Origin: a bacterium
GTDB lineage: Bacteria; Sumerlaeota; Sumerlaeia; SLMS01; JAHLLQ01
DNA length: 64,000 nt
Reading direction: 5' to 3'
Assembly (NCBI GenBank): GCA_020444065.1
Contig: JAHLLQ010000010.1
Location: 11,677-75,676 of the forward strand
Shown piece by piece: positions 27,183 through 37,089 of this stretch (position 1 is the stretch's first letter; each line of letters begins with the position of its first letter). Under the pieces are notes generated by a model. That model had not been told where the DNA came from, did no database searches, and saw only the letters and a program-made list of their open reading frames with translations. A program made the translations under genes and the position numbers.

Positions 27183-30100
27183 CAGGGTTTATCCAACCAC
27201 TCCTTGGACTTCTGGCGGAAGCGTTCGTGCGTATCGAGCGAGGGCGGACGCTTGGGTTCCTTGGGCGGGTTCTTTGCCAGTTCGTCGAGAACGACTTCGA
27301 TGCCCTTTTCAAGTTGGCGGTCGCGGCCGGCAATATCGTCTTCGGGCAAATTGTCGATGACGATATCGGGCGTCACGCCTTCATTTTCCATATTCCATCC
27401 GCGGCGATCGTCAAACCAACCGAACTCCGGAATCGTCATTAGGCCGCCGTCGACAAAGGGCTTGTCGGAACGAATGCCGATGATTCCACCCCACGAACGC
27501 GTGCCAATGATCGGGCCGAGATCAAAGATGCGGAAGGTCTCGGTGACGATGTCGCCATCGCTGCCGGCTCGTTCATTCACGAGGCAAACCATCGGGCCGG
27601 TGAAGACGGCATCGGGGTATGTCGAGACGTCGAAGTTGCGCACGTTCGAGTAGGCGTACAGCACACGGCGCAGACGATGGATGACGAGCTGGGATACGAA
27701 GCCGCCGCCGTTGTAGCGAACGTCGACGATCATGGCTTGCTTATCGCGCTGCGGGAACCAGGAGCGGAAGAACTCGATCATTCCCCAGCCGCTCATGTTC
27801 GGCAGGTGAATGTAGCCGACCTTTCCGTCGGTTTTGTCGGAAACGAATTCGCGATTCTCGTTAACCCACTGCTGGTAGCGAATCATGCGATCGTTTGTCC
27901 GCGGAACGATGCGAATCTCGCGGGCGCCTTCCATCTTGGGTTCGCTGTTTACTGTGAGGAGAACTTCGATGTTCGCCTGGTTCCAGAAGTAGCTTTCTGG
28001 GTCGCGGTCGGCGCTGACGCGTTCGCCGTTGATGGCCAGTAGGTAGTCGCCTTCGTTGACATTCAGGCCAGGGCGGCCGAGAGGGGCACGGAGATCGGGA
28101 TCCCAGTTGTAGCCTTTGAAGATTCTCTTAAACCGATAGGCGTTGTTCTCTGAATCGATTTCCAGATCGGCGCCGAGAATTCCCATGGCAACACCCGGGC
28201 CGGATTCCTGGTCCCCACCCCAAACGTAAGTGTGGCCGGTTCCGAGCTCGCCGATCACGTTACCGATCAAGTCGTTTAGTTCTGCGCGCGTAGAGAGACG
28301 ATCAACGAGCGGGCGGTACTTCTCAACTTCGGACTTCCAATCGGTGCCGGCCATGTCGGGCACGTAGTAGAAATCGCGCATGAGGCGATAAAGTTCATTC
28401 CAGATCTGGTGCCACTCTTCGGCGGGATCGACACGGAGGCGAAGGTCGCCGAAGTCGACGGCTTCGGTTTCGCCGGGGATGTCGTCGGTGCGGCTCTTGA
28501 CGACGTAGACGTTCCCGTTCGTTTCGACTGCGAGGTGTTTGCGGTCGCGGCTGACCATATATTGTGAAACTTCGGTGGCGAGGACGGTTTCTTCCGGATC
28601 GTCGTCTTTGTAATTGTAGGCCTTCAGCTGAGTGCCGAGGGATGTCTCTTCGAAGAGTTCTTCGTCCCCGAGTCCATTGTAACTTCCCGAGAGATAGATG
28701 ACGCGATCTTTGACGGCGGTCAGGCCATAAAGTTCCTGTGGGCGGATGTTTTCGAGAACGATCTGGCGATCTTTGATTCCTTCCCAGTCGATGACGACTT
28801 CTTCTGCGCTTTCGCTGTCGTCGTCTTCCCAATCCTCGTCAGCGTCTTCATCTTTCTCCTTCTTGTCCTTCTCGTCGTCTTCCTTGTCTTTGTCTTTTTC
28901 TAGATCTTCGTAATAGTCATTGGGGAAGAAAGGATTCTCCGACTCCTCGGAGAGGAGAACCATGTAGGGCTTTGTCATTGGGGCCAGGATGGTTTCGAAA
29001 TCGACCTGGCCGAGAAGCGGATCGAAGGTTCGGTTGGAAAGATAGAAGAGGTATTCGCCCTTCGGATCCCACGTGGGGCTGAAGGAATTATAGAATGCGT
29101 CGGTGATCGGGCCGGTTACGTCTTCCTTTGAATCATAAATGAAAATCTGCTGGTTGCGGGTTTCGACGTACTTCGCATAGGCGAGATAGCGGCTGTCGGG
29201 GGACCATTCGTATTCGTCGGTTTCCCAGATGTCGCTGTCGTCGACGGTATGAAGGGTGCGCGTTGTGAGATCGGTCCAGTAGAGCGTGCCGACTTGGTCG
29301 GCCCATGCCACGCTGGCGCCGTTCGGAGCGACGACGGGCGGGAAATGCCACTCGCCGTGATTTTCCATTTCTTCAGTAACGATGCCGAGTACTTCGCCCG
29401 TCTTGGCGTCTGCAATGTAAAGCTCTTCTTCGCCGCTGCGGTCGGACCAGAAGACGACTTTCTCGCCATCCTTGCCGGCGAAGACAGCGTCTTTTTCGCG
29501 CGATGAAGAAAGACCGTTTGTCAGCGAGAAGGGGCGGCCTTCTTTGGCGGGAAGGTTGAAGAGCTCGCCGCGTGTCGTGGCAACAAGGCGATCGCCTTCG
29601 GGCGAGAGGTCGAAGCTCTCCAGATAGCGGGAGGGGCTTGCGAAGCGTTCGCGGCGGCGTTGGCGTTCGGAAGGAATCAGAATTTCGACGCGCTCAGCGG
29701 AATCCGAGTCTGTGCTATAAAGATAGATGTCGGCGCCGTGCTGGAAGACGATTCGACTGTCGCCATCGGTTCCGGGGAAGCGTACATCGAAGTCGGTGAA
29801 GTTGGTGTGCTGGCGCAGATCGTTGCCATCTTCATCGAGCGACCAGAGATTGTCGCGGCCGCTGCGTTCGGAAACGAAGTAAATGCGGTCGCCAACCCAC
29901 ATCGGATCGGTATCGTGGCCGGGGAACTGGGTGAGTTCGCGGAACTTCCCGGTCTGAAGGTCGCCGATCCAGACGTCGTCGCTGGTGCCGCCCATGTAGC
30001 GCTTCCAGGTCGCCCAGGCGGTGGCGAGACGATTGAAGACGACGCGGCGGCCGTCGGGATTGACGGAGTTGAAACTGGCCTGGCCGAGGGGGAAGAGCTC

Positions 30101-30550
30101 GGATGGGCCGCCTTCGCGCGGCACGGTGTAGACGTGCGCGACGTAGAACGGATCATTGCGGGAACTGAAGAAGAGGATGGACTTGCCATCGGGGGTCCAG
30201 CCGGTGACGCGGTCGGTATAGCTGTTCCAGGTCAGCCGCGTGGGGGAGCCACCTTCGACGGGTATCGTGTAGACATCGTAGCTGCCATCGTAGTCGCCGG
30301 TGAAGGCGATCGTCTTCCCATCGGGCGAGAAGGCGGGCATCATTTCGTTGCCCGGGACGGTGGTCAGGTGTTCTGCGACGCCTCCGGAAACGGGGACTTT
30401 CCACAGATCGCCATCTGCGGCGAAGACGATTGTATCGCCGTGAATGTCTGGATAGTTATAGTAGCCTTCGTGTGCGGCGGTTGCGATGCTCGCCAGGAAG
30501 GCGAGGGCGGTGAACGCCAAAAGGGAGACGCGTGTGGCACGTCGTTCCAT
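27182..30550 (-). CDS. Tricorn-like S41 protease with beta-propeller and PDZ domains, secreted
   Basis: Signal peptide, YPDIHGDTIVF, WKRYMGG, GYIHLPNM, DVRYNGGG, AGSDGD and ENEGVTPDI. Confidence 0.93.
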   Translation of the reverse strand: MERRATRVSLLAFTALAFLASIATAAHEGYYNYPDIHGDTIVFAADGDLWKVPVSGGVAEHLTTVPGNEMMPAFSPDGKTIAFTGDYDGSYDVYTIPVEGGSPTRLTWNSYTDRVTGWTPDGKSILFFSSRNDPFYVAHVYTVPREGGPSELFPLGQASFNSVNPDGRRVVFNRLATAWATWKRYMGGTSDDVWIGDLQTGKFRELTQFPGHDTDPMWVGDRIYFVSERSGRDNLWSLDEDGNDLRQHTNFTDFDVRFPGTDGDSRIVFQHGADIYLYSTDSDSAERVEILIPSERQRRRERFASPSRYLESFDLSPEGDRLVATTRGELFNLPAKEGRPFSLTNGLSSSREKDAVFAGKDGEKVVFWSDRSGEEELYIADAKTGEVLGIVTEEMENHGEWHFPPVVAPNGASVAWADQVGTLYWTDLTTRTLHTVDDSDIWETDEYEWSPDSRYLAYAKYVETRNQQIFIYDSKEDVTGPITDAFYNSFSPTWDPKGEYLFYLSNRTFDPLLGQVDFETILAPMTKPYMVLLSEESENPFFPNDYYEDLEKDKDKEDDEKDKKEKDEDADEDWEDDDSESAEEVVIDWEGIKDRQIVLENIRPQELYGLTAVKDRVIYLSGSYNGLGDEELFEETSLGTQLKAYNYKDDDPEETVLATEVSQYMVSRDRKHLAVETNGNVYVVKSRTDDIPGETEAVDFGDLRLRVDPAEEWHQIWNELYRLMRDFYYVPDMAGTDWKSEVEKYRPLVDRLSTRAELNDLIGNVIGELGTGHTYVWGGDQESGPGVAMGILGADLEIDSENNAYRFKRIFKGYNWDPDLRAPLGRPGLNVNEGDYLLAINGERVSADRDPESYFWNQANIEVLLTVNSEPKMEGAREIRIVPRTNDRMIRYQQWVNENREFVSDKTDGKVGYIHLPNMSGWGMIEFFRSWFPQRDKQAMIVDVRYNGGGFVSQLVIHRLRRVLYAYSNVRNFDVSTYPDAVFTGPMVCLVNERAGSDGDIVTETFRIFDLGPIIGTRSWGGIIGIRSDKPFVDGGLMTIPEFGWFDDRRGWNMENEGVTPDIVIDNLPEDDIAGRDRQLEKGIEVVLDELAKNPPKEPKRPPSLDTHERFRQKSKEWLDKP

Positions 30551-30732
30551 GATTCCATTACCTCTATGTGGAAGTCCGCCCTGGCATGGGCACGGGGCAG
30601 TGGACGGATGCAGCCATAGGGCGACGGGATGAGGCAAGGGGCAATCCAAGGCGCGAAGAGGGGTGTTTTGCGTTGAGGATTGGCTTGTTGCGTGGTTCTT
30701 GAGACTGAAGTTCTGTATTCAGGAGGTCACTC

Positions 30733-31599
30733 ATGGTTCGGCAGATCATCTGGTGCTGCGCGTTGGTTCTGGCAATGACGGGCTGTGTACACGTTTCTCA
30801 GGAGAGTAACATGGCAAAATCGAAGGACTATCAGACCGATACGTTTGTTTATCTGATCGAGGGGGTGCGTAAGGATTTTGCCAAAACGGGACCGAATGAA
30901 GAGGAAGGCGTTATCATTGGGAAGCACTTCGACTACCTGTTGTCGGCCACGAATGAAGGAAAGCTGATTCTGGCGGGGCCGTGCACGGACCTGAAGGCGC
31001 CGGGAATTGTAATCTTCAATGCGGCGAATATGGATGAGGCCCGGGCGTTTCTGGAGGGCGATCCGGCGGTGCAGGCGGGCGTGTTCCGCGGCAGTGTTCA
31101 TCCGATGTCGCTGGCGTTGTTGCGATCGCGAGACTATTTCCGTGGGCAGTCTTTGGGGCAGAAGTCGATTCGCAAGTTCGTGACCGTGGATGCTCCGGTC
31201 GAGGAGGTCTGGAAGGCCTGGACGACGGAGGAAGGGATTACGTCGTTCTTTGCACCGGCGGCGAAGATCGATCTGCGCGTTGGGGGGGCGTACGAGTGTT
31301 ACTTTCTGCTGGACGCTCCGGAAGGTTCACGCGGGGGCGAAGGGTGCAAGATCCTGAGCTACGTGCCGAACCGCATGTTGTCGTTCACCTGGAATGCGCC
31401 ACCGAGTTTCCCGAATGTGCGAAAGCAGTATACGCACGTGGTGCTGGAGTTCGCGCCTGCGGGGCCGAACAAGACGTTTGTGGAGTTCACGCAGCTTGGT
31501 TGGGGAGAGGGCGAGGAGTGGAACCAGGTGTATGAGTATTTCCAGAAGGCGTGGGATTCGGTTCTTGGAAATCTGAAGGAACGATTCAGCGAATCATAG
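30733..31599 (+). CDS. YCII plus SRPBCC/AHSA1 two-domain protein, probable lipoprotein
   Basis: RBS aggagg, MTGC lipobox-like site, HFDYL...GKLILAGP...DPAVQAG (YCII), then VDAPVEEVWKAWTT...LSFTWNAPP (SRPBCC). Confidence 0.8.
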   Translation: MVRQIIWCCALVLAMTGCVHVSQESNMAKSKDYQTDTFVYLIEGVRKDFAKTGPNEEEGVIIGKHFDYLLSATNEGKLILAGPCTDLKAPGIVIFNAANMDEARAFLEGDPAVQAGVFRGSVHPMSLALLRSRDYFRGQSLGQKSIRKFVTVDAPVEEVWKAWTTEEGITSFFAPAAKIDLRVGGAYECYFLLDAPEGSRGGEGCKILSYVPNRMLSFTWNAPPSFPNVRKQYTHVVLEFAPAGPNKTFVEFTQLGWGEGEEWNQVYEYFQKAWDSVLGNLKERFSES

Positions 31600-31905
31600 G
31601 ATGTCGCGGTGCTTCTTGAGCCGGCGGTGCATTTCGCGGCGGCATTCGGGGCAGAGATTGAATTCGTGGTTTTCGTAGACCTGGTCGGAGGCCTCTTGGG
31701 CTTCGAGTTCGGACATGTGCTCGAGGCGCTCGATCAGATCGTCCCATTCGTCGGCGAGGTCCTCGCGCGATTTGTCGAAGATGTTGATGTTGGGGACTTC
31801 AGGTTCGGCGAAGACTTCGATGCGAACACGATAGAGGACTTCGTTCTCTTCGACCCATCGGCCGCAGTTTTCGCAGACGCGATCTGTCTTTTGTTCCTCT
31901 GACAT
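31594..31905 (-). CDS. Small hypothetical protein with two CxxC pairs
   Basis: CENCG...YRVRIEVFA...FNLCPEC. Confidence 0.7.
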   Translation of the reverse strand: MSEEQKTDRVCENCGRWVEENEVLYRVRIEVFAEPEVPNINIFDKSREDLADEWDDLIERLEHMSELEAQEASDQVYENHEFNLCPECRREMHRRLKKHRDIL

Positions 31906-31913
31906 CGCGAGCC

Positions 31914-32333
31914 TCAGTCGTAGGTGCCCTTGCCGGGTGGCAGCGGGCGGTAGTTGTGTTTTTCCTTCAGGACCCGATCGATCTCGGCGCAGAGCTTTGT
32001 GATATCAATGGGTTTCTGGAGGAAGCCTTCGGCGTCCGTCCCCATTTTCCAGAATCCGCCGGGGAGCTCTTCGTTCGCCGTTGCGCCGGTCAGGATGATG
32101 ATGGGGATGTCGCGGAGTTGTTCCTCGTTCTTGATTTTCTCGGTCAGATCGAGGCCATTCATGCCCGGCATGCCGAGGTCCATGATGATGACGGCGGGAT
32201 GGTGCTCGTTGACCTTCTTCCACCCATCACTGCCATCGGTGGCTTCGACCACGCGGTAGAGCGGCTGGAGGCCGAGGCGGAGGACCTTGCGGACTTCCGG
32301 ATCGTCGTCGATGAGAAGAACGAGTGCGGGCAT
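31914..32333 (-). CDS. Single-domain response regulator receiver
   Basis: LLIDDD, IMDLGMPGMNG, IIILTG and LQKPI. Confidence 0.92.
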   Translation of the reverse strand: MPALVLLIDDDPEVRKVLRLGLQPLYRVVEATDGSDGWKKVNEHHPAVIIMDLGMPGMNGLDLTEKIKNEEQLRDIPIIILTGATANEELPGGFWKMGTDAEGFLQKPIDITKLCAEIDRVLKEKHNYRPLPPGKGTYD

Positions 32334-32434
32334 AAGCGGTCGCCGAATTCTGACGTTGAGGTGACGTACATCGAACCTGCGGCGGTTCTTATCGAAGGCG
32401 TCGCAACGACTGCAAAAGGAATTTGGGCGCGCGG

Positions 32435-34984
32435 TCAGGGCTGGTACTTGATGATGACAGCGCCGAAGGTGTGAAGGCGTGGGATCAGGAGGCGGACGAA
32501 GCCGTCGGTCTGTTCGAAGTCGACAGGGAAGGGCTGCATCATCGCGGGATCGTCGGGGCTGCCGTAGAGGACCTGCGTGACAGTGGCATTCGCCGGCAGA
32601 TTGATGGCGATTTCTTCGTTTGTGAGCGGTTTGACGTCGGGGCGAGGGGCGTTCCAGGTCATTTGCTCGCCGTTGTTGAGGAGCGTGACGGTGATTTCGC
32701 CGCGGTCGTTCTGGAATCCGCGAACGACCGTTCCCGGCATGTAGGACGTCGTTTCGTAATTGGCGACGTTGCGCCCGTGATTCCGTCCAAACAGCAGGGC
32801 GTCGAACATGTTGTAATCGCGAACGATTTGAACGTTTTGCAGCGGGATAGCCACGTTGTCCGGATAGTAGAGCGAGTTGAGGGCGTGCATCTGGTGGTTC
32901 AATTCATCGGGTTCGCCGACGACCATGAGGGATCCGCCGCCAGTCATGCAGATTCCCATCATGAGGCGCAGGCTGTCCGCGGGCCAGTAGGGGGGATCGG
33001 TGAAGCCGGCGTCGGGCGGGTACATTTTGAGGACGACGCGCTGACCGGCCGGTGCGCGGTGGCGATAGCAGATGTCGACGGTGTCTTCGAGGCCGCCCTT
33101 GCAACCGGCCCAATTTTCGATGAAGATGAAGTCGGTGATGTGGTACATTTTCTCGATTCCGAACTCGCAAACGCAGTTGAAGGAAACCGCCGCGTCGGAC
33201 TTCACGGCGTGAGACATTTCGTAAACGTCTTCGATGAACTCGGCGATGATTTCGGAGAGAAGGCGGCCGCTGTGTTTGCTGCCTTCGGAGTAGTAGCGTT
33301 CGTTTGCGGGATGGCCGTAGCTGTCGACTTCGAAGCCGTCGAAGGAGACAAGATCGTCGGGCGATTTGTCCAGTGTCCGGCGGAGTTCCTTGATGATGTA
33401 ATCGTGCCAAGGCGTGTCGTCGGCGATGGCCATCAGCCAGAACCAGACGGGCTCGCCGGCGGCTTTGGCTTCAGGGACGGTCGTGATGCGACCGTTGAAG
33501 ATGCGCGGTTCGCCGCCTGGCGTTGTCATCGGGTAGGGATGGGCTTCGTAGACGCTCTTCGATGCGGCATAGGCAGCGACATAAGCGATTGAGAGAATGC
33601 CGCGCTGGTGACCGGCGTCGATTTTGCCCTGAATATCTTTCGCGTAGACCTTGTTTCCAAAGAAGGGTTCGAACTCGTAGACTTCTTCGGTGGGCGCATA
33701 GTCTCCGTGAGCTGGGAAGTAATCGTAGAACTCGACGCCGTTGATGAACAACTTCGCGAGCATGTCGGCTTTCTTCGCGTAGTTGTCGGAAATCCGATTC
33801 CAGTTTGCGTAGAAGCCATAGCGCAAATCGTCGGGGATATCTTGCACGACGGGAAGGACGATGTAGTCGCGATCGAGAATCTTGTTGTTCTGGTCGAGGA
33901 GGACTTCCAGGCCCAGAGGCCCCTCGCGATCGGGCGTGGAGAGAGGGACGATCAGTTCGTTCTGAGCGATCGGAATTGTGGTCGAAAGCGTTGTAACAAG
34001 ATCGTTGGAGATGACGAGGCGAGCGTTGCATCCGTCGGACGGGAGTTCCCCAAAGCGAACAAGGAGCTGGTTCTTCTCGCCGGGCTTGATCCAGGTCTTT
34101 TCCAGTTCCACCGAAGAGATTCGCGGGCCGGTCATTGGGCGATCGAAAGCGGGGATTTTCGTTGGGTTGAGTTCGCGACCGGGAACTGTGCGGACGTATC
34201 GATCGGGAAGCAGAGAGCGCAGATCGAGCACCGTATTCTCGTCGACGTCGCGTGTATTGACGCTCGGATCGGCGAACCACTCAGCGTCACCGCTCGAGTC
34301 CTCGGCGACGAACTTGTAGCGGATCACGCCGGGCGAGAGATCGATCTTGCGATACCAAACGTCATTGGGGCCGGGGAACATGCGGAAGGCCGGATCATCA
34401 ACGACTCCATCACGATTGTTCCCCCAGGAGTTAAATGAACCGGCGAGGAAGACTCGTTCTGCATCGGGTTTGTGGTAAGTGAAGAGGAAAGCCTTGCCGT
34501 CATCGATCGGTTGTGGTGCGGCTGCGGTATTGAGGGAGATGTTGTACTTCGTGGCGAACTCCTGCGGCGTCATACCGGCTTCTTCGAGGACCGGGGCAAA
34601 GTAGATGGTCTGCTCGCCGGGCGATTCGATTTTGAAGCTCTTGCCCGGACCCACCCAACCATCGCCTGGATCGGCGTTCGTGTCGCAGGCCCATTCGTAG
34701 AGATGGCCCTTGCCCATGGGCAGGTTGACTGCGATCGACCACACGTGATCGCCGGCCGTCGCATCGCCGTGGGTTCCATCGTCGTACAGGGGATAGCGTT
34801 TGTAGTCATTCCAACCGGAGGCGAACCTGCCGGTCTCGGGATCGAAGTTGGCAGCGTAGTAGACGCGGTCGAGAGGTTGCTCGCGGAATGTGTCGTCGTA
34901 GACAAGCGTCACGGACGCGGCGGAGGCCGCCGTGCCGAGCAGCATGAACAGGCCAAGCGATTGAAGTGCTCCGTTCCTTCTCAT
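32435..34984 (-). CDS. Secreted multidomain GH66-like (dextranase/CITase) enzyme
   Basis: Signal peptide, DDGTHGD..AGD domain, CBM48-like domain (VFLAGSFNSW...YKFV...WFADP), then LRYGFY, INGVEFYDY...H, IAYVAAYAA and FDGFEVDSYG as in GH66. RBS agagg. Confidence 0.72.
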   Translation of the reverse strand: MRRNGALQSLGLFMLLGTAASAASVTLVYDDTFREQPLDRVYYAANFDPETGRFASGWNDYKRYPLYDDGTHGDATAGDHVWSIAVNLPMGKGHLYEWACDTNADPGDGWVGPGKSFKIESPGEQTIYFAPVLEEAGMTPQEFATKYNISLNTAAAPQPIDDGKAFLFTYHKPDAERVFLAGSFNSWGNNRDGVVDDPAFRMFPGPNDVWYRKIDLSPGVIRYKFVAEDSSGDAEWFADPSVNTRDVDENTVLDLRSLLPDRYVRTVPGRELNPTKIPAFDRPMTGPRISSVELEKTWIKPGEKNQLLVRFGELPSDGCNARLVISNDLVTTLSTTIPIAQNELIVPLSTPDREGPLGLEVLLDQNNKILDRDYIVLPVVQDIPDDLRYGFYANWNRISDNYAKKADMLAKLFINGVEFYDYFPAHGDYAPTEEVYEFEPFFGNKVYAKDIQGKIDAGHQRGILSIAYVAAYAASKSVYEAHPYPMTTPGGEPRIFNGRITTVPEAKAAGEPVWFWLMAIADDTPWHDYIIKELRRTLDKSPDDLVSFDGFEVDSYGHPANERYYSEGSKHSGRLLSEIIAEFIEDVYEMSHAVKSDAAVSFNCVCEFGIEKMYHITDFIFIENWAGCKGGLEDTVDICYRHRAPAGQRVVLKMYPPDAGFTDPPYWPADSLRLMMGICMTGGGSLMVVGEPDELNHQMHALNSLYYPDNVAIPLQNVQIVRDYNMFDALLFGRNHGRNVANYETTSYMPGTVVRGFQNDRGEITVTLLNNGEQMTWNAPRPDVKPLTNEEIAINLPANATVTQVLYGSPDDPAMMQPFPVDFEQTDGFVRLLIPRLHTFGAVIIKYQP

Positions 34985-35020
34985 ATCGTCACCTCTCTGT
35001 TTGTTCCCTACCACTTCATG

Positions 35021-36175
35021 TCATTTGCGCGCCAGAAAATCCCACACGGCAGATGGGGCTGTCGTCTCGTCGAAGTTCAGGGTCTTCCACTCACCCGAGG
35101 AGTCGCAGAAGGCCAGGGTTGGTACACGATAGACTCCCATTTGAGCCAGTTCGGTTTGGAAATCGGGGTCGTCTCCAGACAGGAAGAAGAGCGTCTTTCC
35201 TGCGAGGAGTTTCTTTGCGTCCTCGTGAAGGAGGTACTTGCGTTCGAAGGCCCGGCAGGCAGTGTTTCCGTTCAATCGCACGTAGACGAAGACCGAGCCG
35301 CTGTTCTTGATCGCCTGGGCGACGCCTAGAGGGCTATAGGGCTGCCAGGAGTTGTTGGTCTGTGAGGATGTGTTCGATTGTTCGGCGGCCGGTGTGCGCA
35401 GGCGATCGAGGTTGATGATGGAATTGCCATCGCTGTCGGCTTCACGAACGTTGGGGTCGCCGATCCAGTCGAATTTGCCGTCGGTCTTCTCGAGGACGAA
35501 CTTGTATCTCTGCGGGCCGGTTGGGATATCGATCGCCTGGTACCAAAGACCGTTCGGAAGCGATTCCATCAGGCACGAGATATCTGTGATGACGCCGCTT
35601 TCGTTGTTGGCGAATTCGTTGAAGTCGCCTGCCAAGTAAACGCGGCGGGCCGATGGCGCCCAGACGCGAAAGAGAACCTTGCCCTGGTCGTTGAGGCGAA
35701 CGGGCGGGCCGGTGGTGGTCATATCGACGCCATATTGCTTGCTGAGTTGTTGGGGGGAGAGGTCGCTTTCGGGCATGATGGAATACGCGAGGACTTCGCG
35801 CGGCGTATCGTCGGGTACGCGGAAGGATGGGCATGGCCCGAGCCAGCCGTTAGAAGATTCCGAATCGGCATCGGCAGCCCATTCATATGTCTGTTCGGCG
35901 TTGGGCTGAATATTCAGTTTCCATCCCCAAACGTGGTCGCCGGCTTGCCGATCGCCATGCTGGCCGTCGTCAAAGAGTGGGAAACGTTTGAAATCGTTCC
36001 ATCCGGAATCGTACTCACCGGTACCCGGGTGCACATTCAGAGCACAGAAGATCTGTTCGTGAGGTGTCGGGTTTCTGCTGTCGTCGAAGATCAATGTCAC
36101 CTCGGCAGCGGATGTCGTTCCGGCCAATCCCAGGATGGCCAGAGCGGACAGAATCGATGTGGCTGTCTTTCTCAT
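35021..36175 (-). CDS. Secreted non-catalytic protein: DDGxHGD domain, CBM48-like domain, thioredoxin-like tail
   Basis: RBS ggag then MRKTATSIL signal peptide, LFDDGQHGDRQAGD, FRVWAPSARRVYLAGDFN...YKFV and a C-terminal GVYRVPTLAF. ORF-track extension to 36946 rejected. Confidence 0.75.
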   Translation of the reverse strand: MRKTATSILSALAILGLAGTTSAAEVTLIFDDSRNPTPHEQIFCALNVHPGTGEYDSGWNDFKRFPLFDDGQHGDRQAGDHVWGWKLNIQPNAEQTYEWAADADSESSNGWLGPCPSFRVPDDTPREVLAYSIMPESDLSPQQLSKQYGVDMTTTGPPVRLNDQGKVLFRVWAPSARRVYLAGDFNEFANNESGVITDISCLMESLPNGLWYQAIDIPTGPQRYKFVLEKTDGKFDWIGDPNVREADSDGNSIINLDRLRTPAAEQSNTSSQTNNSWQPYSPLGVAQAIKNSGSVFVYVRLNGNTACRAFERKYLLHEDAKKLLAGKTLFFLSGDDPDFQTELAQMGVYRVPTLAFCDSSGEWKTLNFDETTAPSAVWDFLARK

Positions 36176-36195
36176 GTTGATACTCCCGGTCGTGA

Positions 36196-37089
36196 TTAAC
36201 CTTTCAATCCCGTCATGGCGATGCCTTCGATGAACGTGCGCTGTGTGAAGAAGAAGAGCACGACAATCGGCATAACCACGAGGGTTGAGGCGGCCATTAG
36301 CAGGTTCATATCGGTGCCGCCGTGTTTGCTTTGGAAGTGTTGCAGGCCAAGTGCGAGCGTGAACTGGTTCTGGTCCGTGAGGTAAATCAACGGGCCCATG
36401 AAGTCGTTCCACACCATCATGAAGGTGAAGAGTGCAACGACGGTGATGGCGGGTTTTGCGAGTGGTGCAACGATCAGGACAAATGTTCTGAACGGTCCGC
36501 AGCCATCGATTTCGGCGGCTTCGGTCAGGTCCTTCGGGATCGTCATGAAGAACTGGCGCAGCAGAAAGATGTTGTAGGCCGAACCGAAGAAGGCGGGCAC
36601 CCAGAGGGGCATGAATGTTCCGACCCAGCCAAGCGAGCGGAAGATGGAGTACATGGGAACCATGAGGACGGGGAAGGGAATCATCATGGTTGCGAGGCTG
36701 GCGGCGAAGATGGGATCGCGTCCGCGCCAGTTCACACGCGAGAACCCATACGCCGCGAGCGCGCAACTGACAACTGTGCCGCCGACACAGAGCACGCAAA
36801 GGTACAGCGTATTCATGGCGTATTTCCAGAAGGGGATCTTCTGGGTGGCTTCGATGTAGTTCTGCCAGCGGAATGGACTTGGGATCCATTGCGGCGGGAT
36901 CTGCATGGCCTGAGTGAGTTCCTTGAAGGACGTGGTCAGCATCCACAGGAATGGAAAGATGAAGAGAACCGAGAAGAGGATGAGCACGGCGTAAAGGGCA
37001 ACGCGATTAGCGATGTGCCCAAAATCAACGTTCTTCTGGCGTGGCGCGGCGGCGGGCGCATTCATGACGAGGCTCTCAGGTTCCGGCAT
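36196..37089 (-). CDS. Carbohydrate ABC transporter permease (MalG-like)
   Basis: FPFLWM..SFK, AAYGFSR, FLLRQFF..IP..L.EAA.IDG and WNDFMGPLIY. Confidence 0.93.
   Translation of the reverse strand: MPEPESLVMNAPAAAPRQKNVDFGHIANRVALYAVLILFSVLFIFPFLWMLTTSFKELTQAMQIPPQWIPSPFRWQNYIEATQKIPFWKYAMNTLYLCVLCVGGTVVSCALAAYGFSRVNWRGRDPIFAASLATMMIPFPVLMVPMYSIFRSLGWVGTFMPLWVPAFFGSAYNIFLLRQFFMTIPKDLTEAAEIDGCGPFRTFVLIVAPLAKPAITVVALFTFMMVWNDFMGPLIYLTDQNQFTLALGLQHFQSKHGGTDMNLLMAASTLVVMPIVVLFFFTQRTFIEGIAMTGLKG

Noticed and set aside
28800..28920. Low-complexity purine/pyrimidine tract in the tricorn gene
   Set aside because: It encodes the acidic/Lys linker (KDKDKEDDEKDKKEKDED) usual in this family and is not a DNA element.
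35021..36946. 641-aa ORF suggesting a permease-CBM fusion or frameshift
   Set aside because: The upstream part is an alternative frame of the intact permease. An RBS and signal peptide mark the start at 36175.
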